NCBI GenBank assembly: GCA_002269645.1
Contig: NIVC01000700.1
Location: 186,001 to 250,000 of the forward strand
Direction: 5' to 3'
DNA: 64,000 nt
DNA from: Macrostomum lignano
Taxonomy: Eukaryota
In this document: in pieces, positions 35,501 through 48,285 of the stretch
Layout of the letters: each line of letters opens with the position of its first letter
How positions within the stretch are numbered: the stretch's first letter is position 1
Position numbers and translations under genes: made by a program
The notes under the pieces: generated by a model
What the model saw: only the letters and a program-made list of their open reading frames with translations
Told to the model about the DNA's origin: nothing
Databases searched by the model: none

Positions 35501-37473
35501 GTAGAAATGCTGGGTTTTTGTCAACAAATAATCTATCAGGGTGTTAATTTCACGGGAAACTTTGAATAAATGTTAGTCAGTTAGTAAATTATGTTTATAA
35601 CTTCACACAAAACAAATATCAATGTGAAACAGTGGTGGTTACACAATTGGATCAAATATTTACTGAAAATAGAGTACTCATAATCTATTGACAGAGGCAA
35701 GAAAAGACATAAGAATAGTTTTGAGATGGGAGTCGGGCTGAGATGAGATCAGAGCTGAGATGAGATCAGAGCTGAGATGAGATCAGAGCTGAGATGAGAT
35801 CAGAGCTGAGATGAGATCAGAGCTGAGATGAGATCAGAGCTGAGATGAGATCAGAGCTGAGATGAGATCAGAGCTGAGATGAGATCAGAGCTGAGATGAG
35901 ATCAGAGCTGAGATGAGATCAGAGCTGAGATGAGATCAGAGCTGAGATGAGATCAGAGCTGAGATGAGATCAGAGCTGAGATGAGATCAGAGCTGAGATG
36001 AGATCAGAGCTGAGATGAGATCAGAGCTGAGATGAGATCAGAGCTGAGATGAGATCAGAGCTGAGATGAGATCAGAGCTGAGATGAGATCAGAGCTGAGA
36101 TGAGATCAGAGCTGAGATGAGATCAGAGCTGAGATGAGATCAGAGCTGAGATGAGATCAGAGCTGAGATGAGATCAGAGCTGAGATGAGATCAGAGCTGA
36201 GATGAGATCAGAGCTGAGATGAGATCAGAGCTGAGATGAGATCAGAGCTGACTCACAACTCCAGCGGTTCGCCCGGCACGGCCAGGTGGCTGGGCCGGTA
36301 ACTGTGGGCCTCGATGCCGGACCCTCCAGATGCTGAGGCCTCCATGCGGAAGCTTCCGCCGCCGCCGCTACCACCGTAACCAGCGCCGATCGGCAGGCAG
36401 CTGCTTGCCACCCGGTCGGAGGAGGCCGGAGAGACGCCGCCAGCAAGGCGGTGCCGATTTCGCAGCATCGGCTGCTGCTGCTGCTGCTGCTGCTGCTGCG
36501 CAGACTCGATGGAGCATTCGAGGCAGCCACCAGCCGCGCTGGTTGCTGGAGGAGGCGGCGGCTGCGGCAGAACGGGGCCGGAGCTGGCCGAGCGGGGAAA
36601 CTGGCTGGCCGGGTGATGGAGCTGCTGCTGCTGCTGCTGACCGTAGTAGCTGGGTTGATCGATTTGGGAGATTCGGGCATGCAGGACTGGGGTGTGGCAG
36701 ACACTGCACTGGAAGCATGCGGTTGCATCCGACCCTATCCATTCTATTGTACTCTGTTCTATTCTATTCTATTCTATTCTATTCTATTCTATTCTATTCT
36801 ATTCTATTCTATTCTATTCTATTTTATTCTATTCTATTCTATTCTATTCTATTCTATTCTATTCTATTCTATTCTATTCTATTCTATTCTATTCTATTCT
36901 ATTCTATTCTATTCTATTCTATTCTATTCTATTCTATTCTATTCTATTCTATTCTATTCTATTCTATTCTATTCTATTCTATTCTATTCTATTCTATTCT
37001 ATTCTATTCTATTCTATTCTATTCTATTCTATTCTATTCTATTCTATTCTATTCTATTCTATTCTATTCTATTCTATTCTATTCTATTCTATTCTATTCT
37101 ATTCTATTCTATTCTATTCTATTCTATTCTATTCTATTCTATTCTATTCTATTCTATTCTATTCTATTCTATTCTATTCTATTCTATTCTATTCTATTCT
37201 ATTCTATTCCTATTTTCACTCGCACTACTTGAAGTAGAAAACTTTTTCATGCAAACAGCACTAAGCATTCGTGCAAGTATATTTATCATAAAAAAGAAAT
37301 CTACACTTCTTTACTTTGTAACACTTTCATTGAACTCACTGCTGCTGCTGCTGCTGCAGGTTGTACAGGTGACTGCGACTGTCTGTGCCAAGAAGGGCAC
37401 TCTGGGTCATTGCCAGCTGTTGCTGCTGCTGTTGTTGCATCAACAGTTGCTGGAGTTTCATCTGTTGTTCGTA

Positions 37474-37537
<64 letters not shown>

Positions 37538-40500
37538 GTCTTCTTCTTATTGTCTAACTTTGATGAACTTTTGGCTCGTTTGATGCCAATTCCGCGAAAG
37601 ATGCTCTGCGAAACGTTTATTTTAGCCATGCATGTTTATTTTTTTAATCAATAAATTTAACTCAGTAAAACTATTAGTTCTGATAGGTCTTCGATGTTCA
37701 CTCGAAAATTGAAGCAACTAATCCCAGGTTCGTACTATCTAAATAACTAATAGTGACTGCTATTACTATTCATTATCTACTGAGTAGTTATTTTGCAGGA
37801 GGCTTTGAGCGCTGTTGCTCACACAGGCTGTACACAGGCCTTGACTTTCTAATCGTAAACCCGTGTACACGTACGAGATTGACTGAGATTTTCTAGGACT
37901 TGACCGCAGATACTAGAATAACTAGATGGGCCACTCAGCACATTTGCGTGTAAGCTACTTTCAGTTCAGTAGTAAGTTAAACAGCAGCATTTTTATGTAA
38001 TTTTAAAGCCAAGGCTCATTAATTGGCTCTCCCCAGTTTAAACCCTCCAATCGACCCCGGCCCCACCCGCCCCAATTTTTATTGCCTTTCTCAGAATTCC
38101 AGCCTAAAGCTGCCATGTACATTTCAGTGGACTGGCTAATGTACATTGCTGCTGAACCAATTAGCAAGCTGTTTACGCGCCTGCAAGCTTGGGCTTCTAA
38201 ACTTATCAGTCATTTTAGCTGCCTTTATTTCTATAAAATAGCTTCTGTATTCTTCTTTACTACTGAACTGAAAGTAGAAAGCTGTTTTGCTAAGTATTTA
38301 TGCTGTCTGAGTGGCCCATCTAGTTATTTTAGTATCTGTGGACTTGACAAGCTTGTGAGCAGAAACAGCAGCAAGCAAAAGCAGACTTGCAGCAATTAAC
38401 GCACCTTGATTTTGCTGCCTGTCGCAGGCTTGTCGCTGTTGGCGCCTCCTGCACCGCTGCTAGCAGACATCCCGGATGCTCCAGCCGGCATCTGCTGCTG
38501 GTTCCGTCTCCAGCTCGGGTCGAAGTGGGCGCCAGACACTCCAGTTGAATCAGCGGAAGAGTCTGCGAAGATAACAAAGGCATTGATTGTTTTCAAATAT
38601 TTCTCGCAGTTTGCTAATACGCATTATTCTCACCTGGAAATAAATATGTATAGGAAAGTTTTAATTGAGATTCTTGGTCGTGACGTAACATCTCTATGAT
38701 TGCAGCCGTATTATTTGTAAATTTTTCTAGGAGAGTGCTTGGAGGGAAGCACTGGCCTATTGAGGATGCATGGAATGGCTTATATATGCATAGAATTTGC
38801 CCAACCCTGCACTGCCTTCCTCTCTACCCCCCCCCCCCACACACACAAACACGCACTGCACTCCCAGGTACTGGCGTTGGCTTTTCAGGGCCAAATTTGA
38901 CTTGCGCCACCTGAACGGGCATTTGGCTAGCAGTTGCTGGGATTTTCATTTCCATCTATTGCCTGGTTATCCCCCTTCCTCAGGGGGGGGGAGGCTGGGG
39001 AGTCACGGCGAGAGATCCGCATCCCGCGTCAATGCAAATCTGCGCACATAGTACAGGCCTCCACTCTGCCAGACAGACTGATTAAGAGGATAATTACGGG
39101 GCTAGTTCAAGGACTACTAACAAGTAGATGGACTGGGATTGAAAAGGTTTCTTGGAATTGAAAAATAGAAAAGCTATTCTGCTATCGTATACTGAAAGAA
39201 ACTAAATTAATTGGTCCCAGTTATTGAAAGGGACTTGAGTAAAGATACCATCTAATTTGAGTACGACACCATCTAATTTGAGTAAGACACCATCTAATCT
39301 AAGTAAGTAAGACATCATCTAATTTGAGTAAGACACCATCTAATTTGAGTAAGACACCATCTAATTTGAGTAAGACACCATCTAATTTGAGTAAGACACC
39401 ATCTAATTTGAGTAAGACTAACATCTAATTTAAGTAAGACACCATCTAATTTGAGTAAGACTAACATCTAATTTGAGTAAGACACCATCTAATTTGAGTA
39501 AGACTAACATCTAATTTAAGTAAGACACCATCTAATTTGAGTAAGACTAACATCTAATTTGAGTAAGACTAACATCTAATTTAAGTAAGACACCATCTAA
39601 TTTGAGTAAGACAAACATCTAATTTGAGTAAGACTAACATATAATTTAAGTAAGACACCATCTAATTTGAGTAAGACACCATCTAATTTGAGTAAGACTA
39701 ACATCTAATTTAAGTAAGACACCATCTAATTTGAGTAAGACACCATCTAATTTGAGTAAGACACCATCTAATTTGAGTAAGACTAACATCTAATTTGAGT
39801 AAGACTAACATATAATTTAAGTAAGACACCATCTAATTTCAGTAAGACACCATCTAATTTGAGTAAGACTAACATATAATTTAAGTAAGACACCATCTAA
39901 TTTGAGTAAGACACCATCTAATTTGAGTAAGACACCATCTAATTTGAGTAAGACACCATCTAATTTGAGTAAGACTAACATCTAATTTGAGTAAGACACC
40001 ATCTAATTTGAGTAAGACACCATCTCATCCATTTCTGATTCTTCTTTGATTATCATTTTCAGCTGCATTTCATAATTTGGCGTGCGGTCAGCCTCACAGC
40101 AGACCAATGCTGCTGAATTATTAATTACCTGGCTGGGAGGCGGCTGGCTGACGGGGTTGCGCCCGCCCAGACTGTCGCCATTTGCTCACTCAATCTCTAT
40201 GATGAGGCGGCATTGAGCAGGTTTTCATTGTCATAAATTGTGCCTGTGACTGGGGGGGGGGCGGTGTGTGGAGAACGAGTGCTGGAGCACTCCCGGGGTC
40301 GAAGCCCTGATTAGGGTGAGACAGGTGAATGGATGCGGCCACAAGGGAGAGACAGATTGGAGGGAGAATAGGTAAATGGGGATGAAATGGATAGGAGACA
40401 GCGATGGGAGTGCAAGGGAGTCACACAGAGACTGCGGTGAGAGTCAGGAGAATAAGGCTGAGAGTCAGGAGAATAAGGTTGAGAATAGGGTGAGAGTCAG

Positions 40501-43500
40501 GAAAATAAGAGTGAGAGTCAGGAGAATAAGGGTGAGAGTCAGGAGAATAAGGGTGAGAGTCAGGATAATAAAGGTGAGAGTCAGGAGAATAAGGGTGTGA
40601 GTCAGGATAATAAGGTTGAGAATAGGGTGAGAGTCAGGATAATAAGGTTGAGAATAGGGTGAGAGTCAGGAGAATAAGGTTGAGAATAAGGTGAGAGTCA
40701 GGATAATAAGGTTGAGAATAGGGCGAGAGTCAGGAGAATAAGGTTGAGAATAAGGTGAGAGTCAGGATAATAAGGTTGAGAATAGGGTGAGAATCAGGAG
40801 AATAAGGTTGAGAATAAGGTGAGAGTCAGGATAATAAGGTTGAGAATATGGCGAGAGTCAGGAGAATAAGGTTGAGAATAAGGTGAGAGTCAGGATAATA
40901 AGGTTGAGAATAGGGCGAGAGTCAGGAGAATAAGGTTGAGAATAGGGTGAGAGTCAGGATAATAAGGTTGAGAATAGGGTGAGAGTCAGGATAATAAGGT
41001 TGAGAATAGGGTGAGAGTCAGGAGAATAAGGTTGAGAATAGGGTGAGATTCAGGAGAATATAAGGGTGAGAATATGGTGAGAGTCAGGAGAATAAGGTTG
41101 AGAGTCAGGAGAATAAGGTTGAGAGTCAGGAGAATAAGGGTAAAATTCAGGAGAATAAGGTTGAAAATAGGGTGAGAGTCAGGAGGATAAAGGGAGAGGA
41201 AAGGTGAGAGGCCGGCAGTCACTGCAATGAGCAAAGACAAAGAGAATAAATGGGTTGAATAGTTAGTCTACAAATTCACAGACAGCCAGTGTCTGCAGCA
41301 GTCAAATATCAAATATGCCCAGCATGCGGGAGCTCCCAGTAAAACTCTGCGTCCCACTCAGTCCAAAGCGAACCAGCTGGTCTCACTAAGTATGGCTAAG
41401 TTATAGCTGGAGTAAGGATAGGATGCGTCATACTCAAGTTAGTTGGTTGATTTATTGATTTTTCAGCTGTCAAACAGGCAGCATAGCGAAATTTCATGTT
41501 TTTTCAATTTGAATTTGTTAACAATGAGTGAATCATTGTTTGTGGATAATAATATGTATAAAAGAGAATGGTTTTTCTTTTATTTCTACTGACCATCAGT
41601 AGTGTAGTTAGCACGCGTGGAAAAGTTTATTTCGGCAATAAAGTCGGACCCAATTACACTTGAGGGTGGAATGATTTACAGCCCCGATCAGTTGGTTGCA
41701 CAGGAAGAGTGCAATAGGAGGGCAGAGGGGCCGGTGCTGACAGGTTTACACCCCAGAATCGGTCAAGTATTGGCAAGAAAGGGGGACCAGTTTATCAGCT
41801 AAAATTTGCACAGAAAAGTGCAGAAAAGTTGGTCGCAACCAATCTCCCAGATGATAATTAGCGGTGGATGTCGACCGGAGCGCGAAAGAATGGCTGGTGC
41901 AGGTTGGTTCTGCCAATAATTTATAGCTGCTACCGTTTGGTAGCTTTTGCCTCCGATTTATTTACTTATTAATGATCCCCTCCATTAGGCACTCGACTCT
42001 TGCTACAGCTCTAGCCCGTGAATGGTTCATCTTACTCATTAAGCTCGTGTGATAAGAGCGGGGTCACTAATCTTTAACCATTATTTTGTTTATCACCCCT
42101 GCAAATCCCACTTTGTTCTCCCTTCACTCTCTCCCTTCATTCTCTCTCTTCATTCCTTCCTCTCATTCTCTCCCTACATTCTCTCTCCATTTTCTACCTT
42201 TATTCTCTCTCTACATTCTCTCTCCATTTTCTACCTTTATTCTCTCTCTACATTCTCTCCCTTCATTCGTTCCTCTCATTCTCTCCCTTCATTCTCTCCC
42301 TTCATTCTCCCTCTCCATCCTTTCCCCTCATTCTCTCCCTTCATTCTCTCCCTTCATCCGTTCCTCTCATTCTCTCCCTTCATTCTCTCCCTTCATTCTC
42401 CCTCTCCATCCTTTCCCTTCATTCTCTCCCTTCATTCTCTCCTTTCATTCTCTCTCTTCACTCTCTCTTCATTCTCTCCCTTCATTCTCTCCCTTCATCC
42501 GTTCCTCTCATTCTCTCCCTTCATCCGTTCCTCTCATTCTCTCCCTTCATTCTCCCTCCATTCTCTACCTTTATTCTCTCCCTTCATTCTTTCCCTCCTT
42601 CCTTTCCCTTTATTCTCTCCCTTCGTCCTCTCCCTTCAGTCTCTCCCTTTATTCATTTTCTTCATTCTCTCCCTTCATTCTCTCCTTTCATTCTCTCCCT
42701 CCATTCTCTCCTTTCATTCTCTCCCTCCATTCTCTCCTTTCATTCTCTCCCTCCATTCTCTCCTTTCATTCTCTCCCTCCATTCTCTCCTTTCATTCTCT
42801 CCCTCCATTCTCTCCCTTCATTCTCTCCCTCCATTCTCTCCTTTCATTCTCTCCCTTCATTCTCTCCCTCCATTCTCTCCTTTCATTCTCTCCCTTCATT
42901 CTCTCCCTCCATTCTCTCCTTTCATTCTCTCCCTCCATTCTCTCCCTTCATTCTCTCCCTCCATTCTCTCCTTTCATTCTCTCCCTTCATTCTCTCCCTC
43001 CATTCTCTCCTTTCATTCTCTCCCTTCATTCTCTCCCTCCATTCTCTCCTTTCATTCTCTCCCTTCATTCTCTCCCTCCATTCTCTCCTTTCATTCTCTC
43101 CCTTCATTCTCTCCCTCCATTCTCTCCTTTCATTCTCTCCCTTCATTCTCTCCCTCCATTCTCTCCTTTCATTCTCTCCCTTCATTCTCTCCCTCCATTC
43201 TCTCCTTTCATTCTCTCCCTCCATTCTCTCCCTTCATTCTCTCCCTCCATTCTCTCCTTTCATTCTCTCCCTTCATTCTCTCCCTCCATTCTCTCCTTTC
43301 ATTCTCTCCCTTCATTCTCTCCCTCCATTCTCTCCTTTCATTCTCTCCCTTCATTCTCTCCCTCCATTCTCTCCTTTCATTCTCTCCCTTCATTCTCTCC
43401 CTTCATTCTCTCCTTTCATTCTCTCCCTTCATTCTCTCCCTCCATTCTCTCCTTTCATTCTCTCCCTCCATTCTCTCCCTTCATTCTCTCCCTTCATTCT

Positions 43501-44152
43501 CTCCTTTCATTCTCTCCCTTCATTCTCTCCCTTCATTCTCTCCTTTCATTCTCTCCCTTCATTCTCTCCCTTCATTCTCTCCTTTCATTCTCTCCCTTCA
43601 TTCTCTCCCTTCATTCTCTCCCTTCATTCTCTCCCTCCATTCTCTCCTTTCATTCTCTCCCTCCATTCTCTCCCTTCATTCTCTCCCTTCATTCTCTCCC
43701 TTCATTCTCTCCCTTCATTCTCTCCTTTCATTCTCTCCCTTCATTCTCTCCCTCCATTCTCTCCTTTCATTCTCTCCCTCCATTCTCTCCCTTCATTCTC
43801 TCCCTTCATTCTCTCCTTTCATTCTCTCCCTTCATTCTCTCCCTCCATTCTCTCCCTTCATTCTCTCCCTTCATTCTCTCCTTTCATTCTCTCCCTCCAT
43901 TCTCTCCTCTCATTTCCTTTCTTATTCTCTTATTACTCGGGAATTTGCAACCCGTGACTCACGGACGCATTGCTCGCCAGTCCCAAACCTCTCACCGTGT
44001 CCCCTGTCAGCTCCATAGCGGCCGTGAGGCATCTGCGGCTCAAACTCGGTGGCTGGCTCGGTGCCAGCGCAGTGAAGCTGCTCCTTCCACTTGGACTGCA
44101 GTCTGGAGTCCGACTTGCGACCCAGGCCCAGCCGCCTGAAGCTCTTTGACAT
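28656..44152 (-). CDS. RasGAP of the SynGAP/DAB2IP/RASAL2 family (PH-C2-GAP-coiled coil). Exons (high to low): 44152-43963 (candidate first), 38562-38405, 37605-37340, 36703-36257, 34455-34348, 33811-33754, unresolved PH exon(s) including candidate 33152-33133, 33060-32959, 32861-32757, 32205-31599, 31057-29523, 29004-28656
   Basis: Family motifs: [72 protein letters not shown], arginine finger [34 protein letters not shown], and a C-terminal coiled coil. Listed junctions are GT-AG and phase-compatible except across the unresolved PH segment. Confidence is high for 38562-28656 and lower for the first exon. Confidence 0.85.
29075..29400 (+). mobile_element. tRNA-derived SINE, family 2 (in the last RasGAP intron)
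   Basis: A-box-like TAGCCCAGTGG, B box GGTTCGATTCC, body motifs CATTAATTTGGGGCT and GGGCCGCTGTACACTC shared with other copies, and a short TATCATT-repeat tail. Confidence 0.6.
31125..31400. repeat. Three diverged ~95-bp tandem copies in a RasGAP intron
   Basis: TCTCTG(T/C)CC..CTTC(C/T)AAGTCTTAT...ATTGGTTA...CATG(C/G)TAGA recurs three times. Confidence 0.8.
32265..32710. repeat. (CCCATT/CTTCCCATT)n repeat in a RasGAP intron
   Basis: Directly visible low-complexity tandem array. Confidence 0.9.
34490..35087. repeat. 21-bp minisatellite (CAGTGAGATTCAGATCTCCTA) in a RasGAP intron
   Basis: Tandem array with an AGATCT palindrome in each unit. Confidence 0.95.
35736..36250. repeat. Perfect 17-bp minisatellite (GAGCTGAGATGAGATCA), about 30 copies
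   Basis: Essentially invariant array abutting the RasGAP donor at 36256. Confidence 0.97.
36741..37208. repeat. (ATTCT)n pentanucleotide microsatellite
   Basis: Near-perfect array in the RasGAP intron 36704-37339. Confidence 0.98.
39240..40025. repeat. 21/22-bp minisatellite (AGTAAGACACCATCTAATTTG)
   Basis: Directly visible tandem array. Confidence 0.96.
40440..41190. repeat. Purine-rich 19-32-bp minisatellite (GAGAGTCAGGAGAATAAGGTTGAGAATAGGGT)
   Basis: Directly visible tandem array. Confidence 0.93.
42105..43920. repeat. 13-bp pyrimidine-rich minisatellite (TTCATTCTCTCCC)
   Basis: 1.8-kb array next to the donor of the 43963-44152 exon. Confidence 0.97.
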
Positions 44153-44789
44153 TTGAGAAAATAACGCTAAATTTCTGCTTTCAGAAGCAAACTGTAGCAG
44201 CCGGTGGCCTGTTGGTGTCTCCACACAACGGCAGGTTTGAGATGAGATGGGATGAGTCAGCCAGGCACAATGGGAGGCTGTGTCAGCGGGATGATTTGAC
44301 AGCTTCTGTCAATCAACTTGACCGCGCAGACTTTGACTTGCTCTACCGCGATGCTGATGGCTTCAATCTTCTGCTGCTGCTCAAAGCCACTGACAACTAT
44401 AGCTGACAGACTGACTTCTTTTTTAACTGTGCCGCCTGCGCCTGTCTCTAACACAGTATCTCTTTTCCAACTGTGTGCCAAGCCCGCAGTTGCCACGCGT
44501 GTTCTAATTTATGCCCCGAGTAAGTAGGCGGCACCGCATATGGCCTGCAGTGTCTCCCTGCGGCCCCTTCAAGATTCATGCGCCTCCAGACTGCCGGCCA
44601 GCCCCTCAATTGTACACCGGCAATTAGGCTGCCTCACCTCCGTTTATGCAGAGAAGGGGGGGGAGGGTTGGAGAGGCGGGTCGAATCCAGAAAAAGCATG
44701 AGACACACCAAGCTGAACCAGGGAGTCCTGGACAGAGTATCTGGACTGGCAGCCGACTGGTGGCTTGTTTTACTGTCACTTTCACAAGC

Positions 44790-44791
44790 TC

Positions 44792-44859
<68 letters not shown>

Positions 44860-45110
44860 GAAAAAATCATAATGACAATAATAATTATAAATTTAATACT
44901 AATAATAATGAGGCAGCGCTGACGGCAACTCTGCCCATTCCGCTGACTGCTGAGCACATGCAAGCGCGTCAATACTGACTCATGCACACGCTCACCCAGG
45001 GTGTACAGTCTGGCTCTGACTTTCTAATCGTCAGGCACACAAGCCCCAAATGAATGTGGAATCGAACCAGGGATGTAGCGGGAGAGTCAGAAGTTCTCCC
45101 AAGCATCAGA
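44790..45110 (-). mobile_element. SINE family 2 copy ending in a long (TTA)n tail
   Basis: Reverse strand reads GGTTCGATTCC, CATTCATTTGGGGCT, ACGATTAGAAAGTCAGAGCCAGACTGTACAC, GTCAGCGGAATGG, then a TTA-rich tail (plus-strand (AAT)n at about 44790-44860). Confidence 0.65.
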
Positions 45111-45559
45111 GGCATGCAATAAACGGTTAACAGGGCTTATCGTGTGCGGTGTTTTCCAATCCAGATTGCTAAACCATGGTGTCCCTGGCGGAGCCCTCAG
45201 GGGGCAGTCTCGAGCGGCAAACTTCACTATCAGCTACAGGGAGGAGGGGCGGCCGTTGAGGGGGGGGGGGCGGTGTCAGATACAGTGCAAAATACCCCGA
45301 GATTAGTCTGACGCCATGGCAAAGAAGAATCTCTTCTCTTTCCTTCTTTCGGTGCTTCTTTATGCTTGTCTTGTGGTTTTTTTTATTCTCAACAGAGCGG
45401 TTAAGCCCGCAGTGCTTTGGCTGAGCACAGTTAGTGAGTCATTTCAGACCCCATAACAATTGTACTGCTCTGAGATGGAGGCTACTCAATTTGCTCATTA
45501 TTTTGCAACTTCTGCCAACTGGAATTGCCAACTGGCTTTGTTAGACTTAGGTACACAAT

Positions 45560-46238
45560 CTGCCTGACGGGTACACGATTTGGCTGACAGCTACACTATC
45601 TGTCTAACAGGTACACTATCTGTCTAACAGGTACACTATATGTCTAACAGTTACACTATATGTCTAACAGGTACATTATCTGTCTAACAGGTACACTATC
45701 TGTCTAACAGGTACACTATCTGTCTGACAGCTACACTATCTGTCTGACGGGTACACGATTTGTCTAACAGGTACACTATCTGTCTAACAGGTACACTATC
45801 TGTCTAACAGGCACACTATCTGTCTAACAGGTACATTATCTGTCTAACAGGTACAGGTACACTATCTGTCTAACAGGTACAGGTACACTATCTGTCAAAC
45901 AGGTACACTATCTGTCTAACAGGTACAGGTACACTATCTGTCTAACAGGTACAGGTACACTATCTGTCAAACAGGTACACTATCTGTCTAACAGGTACAG
46001 GTACACTATCTGTCTAACAGGTACAGGTACACTATCTGTCAAACAGGTACACTATCTGTCTAACAGGTACACTATCTGTCTAACAGGTACACTATCTGTC
46101 TAACAGGTACAGGTACACTATCTGTCAAACAGGTACACTATCTGTCAAACAGGTACACTATCTGTCTAACAGGTACAGGTACACTATCTGTCAAACAGGT
46201 ACACTATCTGTCTAACAGGTACACTATCTGTCTAACAT
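45560..46238. repeat. 20/26-bp minisatellite (TATCTGTCTAACAGGTACAC)
   Basis: Directly visible tandem array. Confidence 0.96.
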
Positions 46239-46759
46239 GCATAATTTTCAATATTTTTAAATGGTACAAGATAAGTTGAGTTTCTGGATGAAAATTGCAT
46301 TCAACTTTCTAATAAAAACTGCACCAAACCAACTGCTTTAAGTTAAGTAGAAATGTTCTACTTCAAGTAGCGTTTGAAGGTTTTTGTCCCTATTTTCGAT
46401 GAAATTTATAGCTAGGGGTAAACACTCGTGTGATGATTCTGAAAAGAAAGTTCATTTTAACAAAAGTAGCAATGGACTTTTTCGTCTTGAACTTAATTGT
46501 CTTCAAGCCTTGCTCTCAACTTTCATTAATCAAAGCCAGTTCCTCTGATATTTGTTCCTGTGAAACTGAGTAAAGATGCTTTAGTAATTAATTTTCTAGC
46601 ACAGCTCATCGAGAGCTGCTAAGCGAATTGGAAATTAGTTCTCCGACTCAAAACAATAAAGTGGCCGACAATCGATGGGCCTTGACTGGCCCAGCAAGGA
46701 GCGGCTGCTTCATCAATATGCATAAAGAGAACTGCAATGCTGCCAGCTACACTTTTCCC

Positions 46760-48285
46760 TCCCCCCTCTGCCTCCTCTGCTTTCTCTGTCTCCTTCTCTG
46801 CCTCCTCTGCCTCCTTCTCTGCCTCCTCTACCTCCTTCTCTGCCTCCTCTACCTCCTTCTCTGCCTCCTCTGCCTCCTTCTCTGCCTCCTCTGCCTGCTT
46901 CTCTGCCTCTTCTGCCTCCTTCTCTGCCTCCTCTGCCTCCTTCTCTGCCTCCTCTACCTCCTTCTCTGCCTCCTCTACCTCCTTCTCTGCCTCCTCTACC
47001 TCCTTCTCTGCCTCCTCTGCCTCCTTCTCTGCCTCCTCTGCCTCCTTCTCTGCCTCCTCTGCCTGCTTCTCTGCCTCTTCTGCCTCCTTCTCTGCCTCCT
47101 CTGCCTCCTTCTCTGCCTCCTCTGCCTCCTTCTCTGCCTCCTTCTCTGCCTCCTTCTCTGCCTCCTTCTCTGCCTCCTTCTCTGCCTCCTTCTCTGCCTC
47201 CTTCTCTGCCTCCTTCTCTGCCTCCTTCTCTGCCTCCTTCTCTGCCTCCTTCTCTGCCTCCTTCTCTGCCTCCTTCTCTGCCTCCTTCTCTGCCTCCTTC
47301 TCTGCCTCCTCTGCCTCCTTCTCTGCCTCTTCTGCCTCCTTCTCTGCCTCCTTCTCTGCCTCCTTCTCTGCCTCCTTCTCTGCCTCCTTCTCTGCCTCCT
47401 TCTCTGCCTCCTCTGCCTCCTTCTATGCCTCCTCTGCCTCCTTCTCTGCCTCCTCTGCCTCCTTCTCTGCCTCCTCTGCCTCCTTCTCTGCCTCCTTCTC
47501 TGCCTCCTTCTCTGCCTCCTCTGCCTCCTTCTCTGCCTCCTCTGCCTCCTTATCTGCCTCCTTCTCTGCCTCCTTCTCTGCCTCCTTCTCTGCCTCCTTC
47601 TCTGCCTCCTCTGCCTCCTTCTCTGCCTCCTCTGCCTCCTTCTCTGCCTCCACTGCCTCCTTCTCTGCCTCCTCTGCCTCCTTCTCTGCCTCCTCTGCCT
47701 CCTTCTCTGCCTCCTTCTCTGCCTCCTTCTCTGCCTCCTCTGCCTCCTTCTCTGCCTCCTTCTCTGCCTCCTTCTCTGCCTCCTTCTCTGCCTCCTTCTC
47801 TGTTTCCTTCTCTGCCTCCTTCTCTGCCTCCTTCTCTGCCTCCTTCTCTGCCTCCTTCTCTGCCTTCTTCTCCGCCTTCTTCTCCGCCTTCTTCTCTGCC
47901 TCCTTCTCTGCCTCCTTCTCTGCCTCCTTCTCTGCCTCCTTCTCTGCCTCCTCTGCCTTCTCTGCCTCCTTCTCTGCCTCCTTCTCTGCCTCCTTCTCTG
48001 CCTCCTTCTTTGCCTCCTTCTCTGCCTTCTTCTCTGCCTCCTTCTCTGCCTCCTCTGCCTCCTTCTCTGCCTCCTTCTCTGCCTCCTTCTCTGCCTCCTT
48101 CTCTGCCCCCTTCTCTGCCTCCTTCTCTGCCCCCTTCTCTGCCTCCTTCTCTGCCCCCTTCTCTGCCTCCTTCTCTGCCTCCTTCTCTGCCTCCTTCTCT
48201 ACCTCCTTCTCTGCCTCCTTCTCTGCCTCCTTCTCTTGCCTCCTTCTCTGCCTCCTTCTCTGCCTCCTTCTCTGCCTCCCCTCCG
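46760..48285. repeat. 9/12-bp pyrimidine repeat (CTCTGCCTCCTT)
   Basis: Directly visible; gives open frames on both strands. Confidence 0.97.

Noticed and set aside
36330-37557. (LFYSI)n ORFs of 181-368 aa
   Set aside because: Translation of the (ATTCT)n microsatellite.
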